From Auanema rhodensis (taxonomy: Eukaryota; Animalia; Nematoda): a DNA stretch of 64,000 nucleotides. Shown here piece by piece: positions 1 to 13,736 of this stretch. The stretch spans positions 9,362,001 to 9,426,000 of the forward strand of contig OZ059895.1 in NCBI GenBank assembly GCA_964057225.1. Direction: 5' to 3'. A program made the translations under genes and the position numbers. Every line of letters begins with the position of its first letter. The stretch's first letter is position 1. The notes beneath the pieces were generated by a model. That model was not told the DNA's origin, did no database searches, and worked only from the letters and a program-made list of their open reading frames with translations.

Positions 1-23
1 ATGCATATACGGTCCTATCATAG

Positions 24-260
24 GTTCGAGATGCCGATGAACCTCGCAGGGTTTGTCCTTGCCTCTTCATGTGCTGTTGCTGTTGTGACTGCTGCTTTGA
101 AGATGGTGAAAGCACGGAAGGATCATTAGATGTAATTTTGAAATATCCGAACTATTCTAATGTATTTAATCTTCAGATACCATTACCAAATATTGTACAA
201 CCTTGTCCACTGCATGGTCACAATCAGCAAAGTATTCGTATGACTGAACTAAACAGATAA
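24..260 (+). CDS. Last two exons of a gene entering from the left; Cys-string C-terminal region, product unknown
   Basis: Exon ~24-131 (VRDADEPRRVCPCLFMCCCCCDCCFEDGESTEGSLD), GT..TTCAG intron 132-176, exon 177-260 ending TAA. Confidence 0.55.
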   Translation, partial: VRDADEPRRVCPCLFMCCCCCDCCFEDGESTEGSLDVILKYPNYSNVFNLQIPLPNIVQPCPLHGHNQQSIRMTELNR

Positions 261-790
261 TTTTATTATTTCAAATTACAATCATTAATGCTCGTAATAT
301 AACTTCACTTACTTGTTTTTATGTTAAGAATTCTCTTTTTTAAAATTAGGGTTTTCTTATTAAACTGATTGAACCTTACTTGAAGCCAAATGGTGTAGTG
401 TTGAAAACGGGTGTTTTCGATTCTGTGTTTTGTATTGTATTCACAATTAATAAATTTAAAATTAATAATAAGAATAAAGATAAATGAAAACTTTATTATG
501 TAATTTTCTTGTCTTATGTATATGAACCCGTAAATTACAGTTTTTTTTTCAATTTCATATAATGATAGTAGATACATATATGAATGCATATAAAGTTGAA
601 TCAAATTCTAAAAAAATAATTTGGACTGAGGATATCAATTTCGTAAACATCACGCGTTATGGCTTTTAGTGAAAGAGAGATCATGAAAACAGTGAATTAA
701 TAAACTTGATTCTTAACATAGTTATGAATTTGAACATTATTAACCGGGATATAGATTTCAAATGCAGTTTTTAAGAGCTTAATTTGGTTC

Positions 791-3700
791 CTAATCATCT
801 TCTCCTACATTTACTAATGGAGCTGGACTAGCCGAAAATGGAGGTGTTGGAGGTATCACATCATTAATGCTTTCACGCTTCACGATAGCTGCTTCTTGTG
901 TATGGTCCAACGATGGAACTAATATAGAAACCATCTAGAATTATAATTCTTTCACTAAATTTAAATTTATTTTGTAACTTACGGATTCCCTATAAACTTT
1001 CACACGATGTGAATTAATATCTCTATAAGCATTCAGATCTGTATCATCAGTTCCAATTGAACAATCATCATGTAACGAAGATGTGTCAATGAATTCTAAA
1101 GTTAAATGAATTTAAAATAGTTTTCCATGCAGTTGAGATACCTCTTCTTAACTTTACTGGATAATCTGGACTACTAGATAGCATATTGACTCTATCAGAT
1201 TCTAAAAAATACACAATAGAAGCTATTAAAATGATGAAAAAACAATTGTTACCTGTACTTCTTCTTGTGGATCTCCCTCTTCTTCTTATCATACAACAGC
1301 AGAAACAGAAAAGTATGAGTATCAATATTGATGCACATATGATCATTGAATAGAAAAGAACGCGAGCAGAGACTGGCACTGAATAAAAAATATTGTGAAA
1401 ACTGGAAAATGTGCATTTGTAATTACATAAGTATTGAGGCTGGAAAGTATCTGGTGTGTATGCATCAACTGAGCCGTGTGGAGAAGATGAATATGAATTA
1501 TCTTTCATATTTTGAGATTCAGAGTATTCATGAGAAAATTCTGGCTCTTCTTGCCAAAGATAAGGATCAACGGTTCCTGAATACTCATCAGAATCTGGGT
1601 ATTCAGACACATATTGCATGATTCGCTCAAAGACATCAACCTATAGTTTCATAAATTATTCATTAAATCAGATTTACTATTATTACCTGATGAAGTTTAT
1701 TACTTTTCGATTTATAGAAAGCATGTTCATCTGTTTCATAACCAACTCCAACATCATGAAGTATAACACTGTTTGATATATCAGCTCCTTCCAGTGGATG
1801 AAAGGTTATGTTATTCAACATTGATCTACTATAATCCGGAAGTTCAAATCTGCTTCCATCAATCTGAAAAGTTCGAATAAATTGAAATCTTTGAGATTAC
1901 TTCATTACAATTAATTCATATCGTTGGTTGTTATGTTTAGTTCCAATAGGTGTTTGCCTACGAACAACCAATAAGTGAACACGATCATCGTTTTCAAAAG
2001 TACTTTCTGAAAGTAAATCTCATGAAATGAATAAAATATAGAAAAGACTGTACTGTAAGCATCGGGTTCGAAGTATGTTTGGTCATGTGGCGTTATTTGA
2101 ACATTGATTCGTCCATCAGCCGTAGCATACACTCGAAATCTAAAGTAAGTAAGTTCTCGAATAAAAAGTACTTGCGAGGATACTTACAGCATTTCACGAT
2201 GATTATTAAATTCAGCAATGATAAGATTGTTTTTGAAACTTTGAGGAAGCTTGAATTTAATCCAAATACTTTCAATAATTGATCTTGTTGGAGTCAAAGA
2301 AATTATAATAGGAATGGAGTTAACATATTTCGTTGATAAAGGTATAACTACGCCTATAAAAAGATTATTAAGCTACTATTATGAGTCATATTATACCATT
2401 TCGTTGTCTACATTCTCCATCAGATGTTTCAATGCCATATATATCGGAACAGTCACATTTTCCAACAGCTGGGGTATGTGGAGATGGAGTGCGACAACGA
2501 ACGTTAGATTGACATCCGGGTTCACATAATACACAACCAACCTTAAATAAAGTATAATTATATGAAATTGAGCATATTACGGTACCAAAATAGCAAATGC
2601 TTGTAAATCTGTTGGATCGTGCAGCATATGCTTTCTTTGATTGTCATATGCTACTGTTAAGTCAACACGATGACCGAACATAAAAACATCTTTAATACAA
2701 CCCTAAAACATAAAATAAAGAAGGAGAAATGAATAAGAATACTTACTCTTAAAGAAGGAATTTTCTCTCTTGTGTTTTCCAAATATTTAATTGTTATATC
2801 ATTCATATACATTCCAGAATTTTTGATTTCATAGTATGTTCCACCAATGAATAATCCTCCCGAGTTTACAATATTTGGAACCGAATATAGTTCAGCTATG
2901 CTAACATTTTTATGTATTTGTATGGCTTCTAATTTGCATATTTCAGAATCAGAAATTAGAAAATAATCAGAATCCTTGTTGTAGAATACAGCTCGATGCC
3001 ATTTATCCTTTCCAAACCCTAAATAAAACCCTCAATGAGATTTTCACATGATGCTTACCTTCGTTGTTGATTGTGCTACACTGACGACATAATTCTTCCT
3101 CTCCATCATGTATACATATGATTGCAGTCATACGAGATCCACGATAATGAACTTGCCAACGTCCACGAGTAACATAGTTCCAATATCCAAATAGCAGTAA
3201 TCCAGCATCCTTAAAGTAACAATGAGAATATGAATACCTCCGCTAATGCGGTTACCGAATCAGATTTGAAAGCAATAGCAGATTGAACACTTTCATTATC
3301 CAATGAGTACGAACTTGGATAAGGAATATGGAAGAAAGATAATCTATCTGAATCTCTCAATAGATGGTATGCTAAATACATATTTGTGAAAATATAAAAC
3401 AAGTTATCTTACTATCTTCTTCTGAAGGCTCACAGCTTGGTGGCAATAATGCGGAGAAAGAAGACTTCAAAATAGGACATTCGCATCCTATACATACTGG
3501 ATCTCTTCAAAAATTATATATTTTATAAAAATAAATAAAATAATTGAAACATACAAATCGATTTGGCCTAAAGTACGTACTTCCTCATTGAATGGTATAC
3601 ATTTATCTCTTGTGTCTTTACTATCGACAAGTAAAACTTCACCTAATACATTGATTGTGAGATAAGTATATCTGAAAATTTATATTAAATATTATAATTT

Positions 3701-4939
3701 CTATAAAATCTATATATTACAATGATAATGCTTTGTTGAGAGGAATAATATGTTTATCAATAGTAATAGCATTATCGGGACCAATAGTTACTGTATGCCA
3801 GTTAAAGTCAGTTAGTAGACTTACTCCATGAGTTATATTCTCATCTATTGTTACAAAGTAATCTAAATAGTTTTAAATATTAAAATATTTCGAAATATTC
3901 TGTAAGATGAACCATTTTCCAATTTTATCTGTAATGCTCCATCAGCCCCATTCAAAGATAAGAATTTCGGATTTTCTCTATCAGTTCTAAAAGCAAACGC
4001 AAATTTCCAATTTCTGGTAAACAAGTCCAATTGTATCTAAAAACATAATAAAAGACATATTGAGAGTGAAGATTTCATACTTTTCTTTTAAATAAACATT
4101 GTTCTTCTTGAACTAAGGACTGTTGACATCTTAATGGAGAAGATTGTAGTTGAACTGATCCTGTTGTGAAAACATGTCGAAGTCCGGCTTGAACATGTAC
4201 CAAATTCATAGTCACAGTTGGTGTTTCTTAAGAAAATATTGGATAAGTATAAGTATAATATATTATTAAATATCTAACCTGGATCATAAGTTATATTCAT
4301 AGCTTCATTAAGTAAAGAAATTATTTGAATTGAAGCTCTAAATATTATTTTTTTAATTCAAAAGATATATGATTTGATGAATCTTACCTATTTTCTTCAG
4401 GAACATTACTCCAATCAACTGTAAGCTCTTGTGTACAATATGATGTTTTCAATTGTTCTCTAATCCAATTAAGATCGGGAATTCTAAAAGAAATATTTTC
4501 TGTCAATTATGAAAAAACTAGGAAGAATTCAAATTATAATGAAAATTCCAATAATACTTACTGGTAATTAATACTTTTCCGATCTGATATCATAACTGAA
4601 TGACTTATTCCACTTTCAATTACTGTTGTAATAAATGTTTCAGAAGTTTCTGATTCATCCATTTCACACAAGATATTTGCAGTGACATCACCTGGATTAA
4701 CAAGAATTATTAAAAAATTCAAAAAAAAATTGACAACCATCCAATTCTATAGGAAGAACCTGGCTTTTTCTTATGTTAGCTAGATAATGATCTCTGCATG
4801 ATGATCTTGGAATTTCTTTAAAAAAATGTATATTTTTACAAAATTATAAAAATTATTTGATACCTGAATAAACTAAGGATATTAAAATGCCTACAATGAC
4901 TATTTGTAGTTTGAGCCTAATGTTTGAAGGCATCATCAT
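791..4939 (-). CDS. Multi-exon single-pass membrane protein with LamG and EGF-like modules (neurexin/Caspr/BAM-2-like)
   Basis: Signal peptide [25 protein letters not shown] at 4939; LamG-like GLFIGG...GCIKDVF; EGF-like [11 protein letters not shown]...CDCSDIYG...C; TM helix [23 protein letters not shown] followed by RRR; stop TAG at 791-793. Confidence 0.7.
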
Positions 4940-6393
4940 GCCTAAAATGAATTGAACTATAAGCAAGCAGAATATTTTAACTAAGAATGAATAATAAGAA
5001 AATAACAAACTTCAAGTATGAAATAAGAAAATATTAGTAAGGTGTCAACAAAGTAAAACTGAATAAGGTATACCTACAGAGAAGCTGTGACTTCTTCAAA
5101 ATTATTCATCAGTATAGCATAACAAATATCCGAAACTAGTCGGAAGTATACATTTTCAATGATGTATATATGTATATTTACATGTAATCTATCTTTATAT
5201 ATAAAAGTAATTTTTCAAAAGCATTTAAAAAATATTAGTCATAATAACATTTCGGAATAATATTGGAGTTTTTCAAAGAAAAATGTTCAAAATTGTTGAA
5301 TCAGAGCACTTACTTACATATATTATGCCAGAATTGGCTGAAATCTATTTAGGATTGTCATCTTCAGAGAAATTGAGAGAGATTGAAAAGAGTTATTCTA
5401 CAAGAGTTAGTGTGTAACTTGAAATAAGATGAATTTCGGAAATACATTGAAATGAAAATCTAAATGAATATAAACAAGAGGTACATACATATACATACAT
5501 ATCTATAGAAAAAAATCAATGCGGTCAACGAAAGAAAATCAAATGCATGCACATGTTTTGATAAGACTAAGGAGACAAAAATGGCACGTTTGTGCTTAAA
5601 CAAATAGAAAATAGGAAGATGAGTAATACAATTCTATTTTCTATACGTGAACAAATACAATAAACGTGTGCTCACAATAATACTTTCGATTATCATTCAT
5701 TATTAGAAAAATGAAATAAGAAATATCAATATACATATAAACATTTATTGTTTAAATCAAAATCAATTTGAATTCGATGATTCATACGTATGTATGTTGT
5801 TTTTTTCAATTAAAAATATTAAAATAATAAAAATTTAGGAAATAAATTGAAGTATATACTATTTCGTTTTTCTTTTTATTCAATCGAACAAGAAACATTT
5901 ACGATTAGTAGTGATATGAATAGTAGAAGACATGTTAATTGACTTCTTTTCATAAATGACTCGAATAGCAACAAGTCTAATTCTCAATAGCTTAATAAAT
6001 GAAAGATAATAAAAAGAAATGAGATAGACAGATGGAGTAAGATGGTAAAGTTGTTGGAGTTAAATTGTATTCATAAGTAATATGGTGAATAATAGTGCCA
6101 GTTGTATGACATTGATCAAAAATTTCTGGTAGGCTGTTTAAATAAGACAAATGGCTGGATGAAAGCTATGCAAAGTTTGGGATGTGAGTGCAACAAATGA
6201 ATGAAAGAACTAAAAGCAAAAATTAGTTAGGACAAAATATAGAATAGATTTCCCAGATGTTCTTAAAAAGAAAGAAAATATAGCATTTCACGTAATATTC
6301 ACGTAACGATGATTCAAATATAAATAAAATATCGAATTGAGAATATGTGCGTGTGGGAAAATGGAAAAGAATGAAAAAGAGAGGAATTATATT

Positions 6394-6450
6394 TGAGAGA
6401 GAGAGAGAGAAAGAGAGAGAGAGATTGGGATAGAGAGAGAAGAGAGTAGA
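6394..6450. repeat. (GA)n microsatellite
   Basis: Imperfect GA run visible in sequence. Confidence 0.9.
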
Positions 6451-9400
6451 TGCTGTGATGATATGTATTATATGTATGTGTATGTATATATATTTATATG
6501 TGAGCTATTGTAGAACTGTCACAAAAGATTGCGAATTTATATGTCAGCATTGAGGCTAGGTGAGGAGAAGAACAAGGATGGTCAACGACCTCCAGATGTG
6601 GTTAGAAGATATCAAGATGGTTACTTTTCTCACCTTGTTTCGCTGTTCCTTTAGCAATTAAGGTAATCACAATTTCTGAATAAATATATGGAGGCCATAG
6701 TGTAAACATTGAATTTAGATAAAAGTAAATAAAATAAAAGAATTTAACTGATATATTTGAACATGATGAGCTATTATTAATCCGTTTCCAAAACTTTAGT
6801 CAGATAATTTTAAAACGAACCAGGAATTGAATAACTGCATTGGAATCAGAATATTTTAGTTTCCAGCAGCGCGCGATTCTACTGCTGTGTACAGATCAAT
6901 GCAAGCAAGAACTTGAATAAGAAGAGATTAAACATTTTCCGAAGCTTGAGTTTATTAAATAAACTTTTTGGCTAGAATTTTTTAAAATATTGATTATATG
7001 TTGATGTCGAAAGTATTTTCAACTGTGTTTTGGGTATGTACTTCATACACTTCAGGTTCAAAAGGTAAAATAATTAGTTCTTATAGTTAAGAGAACTAAG
7101 AAAAGAGAACCAGTTCACATTCATTAGATTAATCAAATGAAAACTTTAAAAGTGAGGAAAATAGAACAAAGAATTGTTAGTTCCAGAAAAGAATATTTAT
7201 ACTATTTTTTAAAAATATAGTTAAACTCTAAAACATAAAAACATACAAAGTGTGAAGGTTAAAAAGATTTATCACATCTGATAACGGGAGCAGTGGAGAA
7301 TAGGCTAGAGGATACGGAAAATGAGATTATGGAAAGTAAAAATCAATGTTAATAGAACTTAGTTAAGCAAAACGGTGGCGATCAGATTCTAATTAAATAA
7401 TCAATTCGTTTAAATGAGATATACTCTCTTCTAATTAGATGAATAGTTAGAGAAACGAGTATTAAGGTACAGATAGACTCCTAACATCGTTTACAAAGTG
7501 AAAGAAGTAATATGACTCATAACTAGACTATGTATGTATTCCACGACCTTTTTTTTCTTCAAAAAGTCAAAAATAAAAGAATTCAAATATTTCAGATAAC
7601 GTTTTCATGCTATTATCTCGTACATTTCTTGTGGAAAGAGCCTTATGTCAATTTGTACTATTTATGCATTCTCAAGGGAAAACACACTCTTCAACTTGTC
7701 AAAAGCTGCATCTTCTTTCTTATACTGGCATATAGTTATTACAAAATGAACTACATATCTGCATAAATATATGTATATGTATAAAGAGACTTTCAATATT
7801 CAAAAGAAAGATTTTACAAAGATAAATTTTGATTTGTGTCAAAGAATAGAAACAGAGATGGAGTTGATTTTTCAGCGAAACTTTACTGATAGAACAAATG
7901 GAAGAAAGTTCAAAATGAAAAGCCATGTTTTAACATTTCTTTATTCTCTCTTTTTCTATTGCAAGTTGTGCTTACTCAGTGAATTCAAAACTGCAACACA
8001 ATGAAATACAAACAGAAGCTGAAGCAAGAAAGCTATGAAGAGCGCCAATCATGTATGATACTAATGAGTCGCCAATGTTTAATCTGGCTGATGGTTATAC
8101 ATTCCTACATAAAAGGATTTCATTAAAGTTCTTACTCGAAAAAAACCTGTGTTTCGTGTACAAATTTAGGACATCGTATGTATGTTTTTTTGATTATTCA
8201 AAGGTGAGGTCGTATTGCCTTCATCTTGGATTTTCATACGAGTTTATGACCTCGCTTGGTCTATAATCACCATTTCAATGATTTCAGGCTGTCATCGTTC
8301 TAATGTCATCGTAATGACTGGCCTAAGTGACTAATCCTTCACTAAAAAATTTTGATGTGAGAAAGTGTAATATATGTAAACAAAATAATTGAAAAACTAA
8401 TTATATTTTGACAAAACATTGAATATTTGATAAAAACCATTACAAAGGAACAGCTAAATGAGCAACATTTTCAATTATAAATATTGCATTAAGTATTATT
8501 TTTCTAAAATTTGAAAATAGACTCATATAGCTAATAGGTGTTACCATAACAAATGCTTAGACGGTTTTCCAAACATAAGGTTTTCTTACTTTTCAAGTAA
8601 ATAAAGCCTTTCTCGTCCATCTGGACATTAGAAATGAAGACTAGAGCAGCTGCTCTATATAACGTTATAGTATATAATTAGCATATAGGAAAGAATCAGT
8701 CATCAATTTCTTGTAATCAACTGGTATCCGCTCTAATAACAAACAAATTCTGAAGAAAATATAACAAGAGAGTACAATGAAGCAAAATGAACATACATAT
8801 ACATATAAGGAAATATAATAATACAATTATTTTATATAATTAATGAAAAAAAAGTTTATATTTTGAAAGATACATGCTTAGAAGAAAGTAATTCAAGCTA
8901 ATATTGAAAAAGCCCACATAGTGAAGAATGAGCAGAAGATTGAATAAGAATTATTTGGATAGTTAGACAAACAAATGTGTTACTTGACATTACATAAAGC
9001 GTGTAGGAAGCGCTTTAAAGTTCTTATAGAAAGTTTTTATCCTCAAAGTACACATGTACACGTGTGTAATTATAAAATTATTTTTAAAAATTAATAATTT
9101 ATTAATATAATAAATAAAAATTAAAAAATAAATATTATTTTAGTCTTTTCTTGAAATCTTGAAATCTTGAGTTTTGATAGGAAATATTTTCTGATGAAAA
9201 GTTATCATATTATATCAGTAAGGACAACATTAGTTCAAATGAGTTTTATAATTGATTTACATTAAGAAGAACCATTAACAAATCGGCTAGCCTATGAGAA
9301 GAAAAACAATCTTCTGTGACTTGTATTTGAAATGCGTTGAGATGCCGCATAGGTATCCAATTGCTGATGATCGACGCACGAAAATAAGCCAGAAGCTAAA

Positions 9401-9912
9401 TTCTCTACTGGACAAACATGGCCGAGAAGCTAATTCAGTGCAAATATTACAAAATACTTCATCAACTAATTCACAAGGATAGAATTGTGATGGAAAAATC
9501 TCTGGTTAGCAAGGCCAAGTAAGACTGGATTTGCTTGCCTAAGATGTGCGTGCAAATGGAAAGGCCTCATCCGAGATATTGAAAACGGCGACTTAAATTG
9601 AATAGTTCAGCAATCCGGTAATTGATATTCACTGGAATTTAATATTCATATGTGCATTGAGAATAGTTCAAAAATGGGATCGTATTCAAATCTCAACATC
9701 AAGGACATTTTTTCAACTGTGTATAGAAAAAATAAGAAAAAACAAGGCTGAATTCATCCAAGGACATGTAAAACCAATCTCTTTGAACATTTGTAGAAAC
9801 TTTAAAGTTAAAACTCTAGTGTTTATAACAACAAATCAAAAAAAAGCCGTAAGAGGGTGGTTATTTACTCGTTTTCGAGTAGGATAACTCCGAGTTCTGC
9901 ACATACATATCT

Positions 9913-10005
9913 GTCTCTCTCTCTTTCTCTTTCTCTCTTTCTCTCTCCCTCTCTCTATCTCTCCCTCTCTATATTTCTACCTCTTTCTCTCTATCTCTAT
10001 CTCTA
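9913..10005. repeat. (CT)n / CTAT microsatellite
   Basis: Imperfect CT run visible in sequence. Confidence 0.9.
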
Positions 10006-11074
10006 CTTGCGGTACGGTAACAGTGAAGTGGATATTGTAATACGAACATTAATTGAAAATACATTCGTTTCTTATATTGCTATGCGGAATAGAAATTAAG
10101 ACTGAGGGCTAAATTCATTGTTTCCACCAATGTGGTTAAAACTATATGTACGTTAAACAGAAATCCTTGAATGATTAAGAGTCTGAAATCACTTAAGACC
10201 AGTGGTCTGTCAAGTATATTCTTCCTGACCCAATATCCCGTCATTCCATAGCGGTTTTCGATTGTCTTTCAAGCACTACTCTTAATGGACATTCAAATAT
10301 TCTTGGAAACACTTCGTATGCCTCCTCCGAAATATGGTTTTAAAATTCTGAATAGTAGATTGATAGAGTGACCAATTCAAATTATACAAAACAAATTAAT
10401 ATTATTCGCTAACAAATGAAATAATAATTTCTTAAAAAAAAAAAGAAAAAAAACGTTTAATAAGTAGTGAGAAAAAAGAAAATAATTATATACATATGTA
10501 CATTGATACCTAACAATTTTCCAATTATCACATAAATATTGCTTTTTACTAGCTCACCCCTCAGCAGTTTATCCAATTTCATTCTAATAATATGATATAT
10601 AATCGAATTATAATATAATATTATTCAAATATGCTGTAGTGTTTTTATATGTTTATATATATAATTCACTTTCTATTGTTCATTTTTGCTTAATTCAACA
10701 TGTTTCACCTTTGGTATTCTGTTTCACACATCTTTAATTGTAAATATGAAGAGAAGTCATTGACAGCAAAAAAAGCCCTTTTAAAAGAAAAGGAATCTAA
10801 GAACTCAACAGCACAATACTATCTCAATACGTCAACGAAGTACGGCCAAGTGCAAGTAAGGGAAGTGTAGACAGCATCGAAAGAGGTTTATTTGTCCATG
10901 GGAGATGACAACTCGCTCACGATCAGCCTCATTGGTCACGGTACAAAGGAATACAGAACTATCATCCTCAGACTTGATATATCATTTAGCAGTTCCTTCA
11001 TTCAATCAACTGTTATTCGAACTTTTCACTAGCGGTACTTTTAATTGAATGTTGCATCTTATTTCAGCTCAATA

Positions 11075-13471
11075 ATGATTGGTTTTTGGGTAGCTACTAT
11101 TTATTTATTTGTTTCTGCTCAATCATTACCTTATAATGATGAAACAGTTTCATTCCATAAGTCAGATTAATACTAAGTTCTACTCAATTCTATACAATCA
11201 ATCATTTCAGTTTCAAACTTATTCGTATAAATCCTGAAAATGATGATAATCTCAAGTATCTGAAGTTCTTGTATGAAGGTTCATCCCCTTATCAATTGGA
11301 CTTTTGGCAACCTCCAACACATATTGGTAAAGCTTTAACTGATTAACATTCCTACAGTAGTCTAATAATTCAAATCATATGCTTTAGGTGGAATAGTCGA
11401 TGTAACAGTTGCACCATCAGATGCTCCAATCTTTGTTAAAGATCTTGATTCTAAGAAGTTAAATTATGTTGTGGCTATCAATGATTTACAACAGTATGTT
11501 AATTATCAAAGAAATCAAATATATGAAATTGATTCTAAGAGCAATTGCTGGTGAACGTTCTCCACCAGCCTTCTATCATCACGAAGCTGGCGGCTTTGCT
11601 TATGACAAGTATAACTCTTTGGAAGATATTCACGGTAGAATTTTCATTAAATCATATTGAATATTCTTTCTAAATAGGCGAAATGAAACGGCTTCGCAAT
11701 GAAAATCCTGGTATGATTTCACTCTATGATATTGGTCAATCTCACGAAAATAAAACTTTATTAGTTATGAAGGTATTAACTTAGCTTTGTATAATCATTT
11801 CAAAACTTTAACTTCTATGTAGATATCAGGACGGAGAACAGTTGGTGAAAAGGTTTCCATATGGATAGATGCTGGTATTCATGCTCGTGAATGGATTGCT
11901 CCAGCTACTGCAATGTATCTTATTCACGAAGTTTGCTTGTAATTATTCACAGCCCTTATTTTTCATTTGTTTTAGCTAGTTCAAGGTTACGAGAGTGATC
12001 CCGTAATTCAAAAAATCTTAGATGTTACTAACTTCTATATTTTACCTGTTATGAATCCTGATGGATATGAATATTCTCGTACGAAGGTAATGCTTTGTCG
12101 TCCATTTCATGTAAACAATTTTCCTGAATCAGAACCGGATGTGGAGAAAAAACAGAAAGCCAGCAACATGTAAGCGCCAACATTTTCATACTGTATGTTG
12201 TGCTGGAGTGGATTTGAATAGAAATTTTGATTGGTTCTGGGCCTGTAAGTAGTATTCGCATAATTAAAAATTAAAATATATTTATACAGCAAGTGGTTCA
12301 TCTATGGACCCTTGCCATGAAACATATCCGGGAGCATCAGCTTTCTCCGAACCTGAATCGCAGGCTGTTCGTGATTTTCTAAAAGATCTCCGACCTAAGG
12401 TATGCATATACCTTATACTACTTGAAAAACGTATATTAAGGGGTTCATCTCTCTCCATTCATATTCTCAAATGTGGCTTATTCCTTATGGTCATCGCAAG
12501 AGAAATTATCCACAAGACTATCATACAGCTTTGGTTGGTTTTGCAGCTTCGTTACTGATTTAAACACGCAGACAAATGTAAAGAAGATTATACTCTTAAT
12601 ACTTTCAGAGACCATTAGCTCTAAAGGCTACTAAAGCTTTGTTTGAACGATATGGAACAAAATATCAAGTTGGTACAGGTGCAGATCTTATGTGTATGAA
12701 GATTATAATTACATACATTTCATTGTTTTGTGAATAATTTAGATGAAGCTTCGGGCGGCTCTCATGATTGGGCTAAAGGAGTTTTAGAAGTTCCTTACTC
12801 TTATCTCATCGAATTAAGACCAAAAAATACTTTAATGGGGTAAGCTATTTAACGTCATTGGTGACAACAGAAGTGATTTAGGTATGGTTTCCTTTTACCC
12901 GAAAGGGAAATACCAGCAACAGGGCTCGAAACATTCGAAGCTATTAAAGTTGTTGCGGAAGAATTAATAGGACAGTTTGTTCAGCCACAAATCAGAAAAA
13001 TAGCAGGTTTTTTCGAATAAGTAGATAAGTTATAACATATAAGATTTTCAGTCCCTAAAAAAGCAAATAGAGGAGGATACCACATTATATCAACAACTCC
13101 GAAAACCAAAACTGGTAAGCATCAGATGGTCGCCATTTAACAAAAAAATGTTGCAGAAGAGTTGACCTCAACTCTGCCTACTCCTCCTCCTGAGGAGATC
13201 AAGAAAATAGAGTTGCCTACACCTGCTCCTGAATTAACGACGGTAGTTAATAGAATTGAAGAAAACTCTGAATCAGAGCTAACTACGTAATTTCAAAGTT
13301 TTTGCAAACTGTATAACCTTTTTGTATTTCAGAAACAATGCTGATAAGCAGCAACCTAAGTGTATTGATTATGGCTCATATTGTAGATTGTGGGGAATTT
13401 TCCAATTATGTGAGCGACCATCAGTCTTCAAACTCTGTGGCAAAACTTGTAACAAAATGTGTGATAATTAA
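11075..13471 (+). CDS. Secreted M14A zinc carboxypeptidase with Pro/Thr-rich linker and C-terminal ShK domain
   Basis: Motifs [39 protein letters not shown] and ELR spread over short-intron exons; C-terminus [34 protein letters not shown]. The 5' end may include an upstream exon. Confidence 0.9.
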
Positions 13472-13736
13472 TTATAAATAAATAAAATAAGTCTACGACT
13501 TTTATTTCAAATCATGAATAATGGGATTTATCAAATCACATTTCAAACTGGTAATATTATCAGAGATAATATATTTATGAACAAATATACAGAAACAAAG
13601 AATAATAAAGAAATACACATTTGTACTAAATTATTCGTTAGCAAATGAAACATACTAGACACATAATCATTTGCACTAAATTATATTTGTTGCTAAATAC
13701 AACGGTATTCCACAACTTTTGCTTCCAAAAAAATAT

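Noticed and set aside
8202-8257. 13-bp stem (three G-U pairs) as a possible pre-miRNA or snoRNA hairpin
   Set aside because: The inner 30 nt pair poorly and there are no box motifs, so an RNA gene cannot be supported.
5000-10900. Short ORFs in the long intergenic region
   Set aside because: Low-complexity or microsatellite-derived translations with no motifs or consistent splice pattern.
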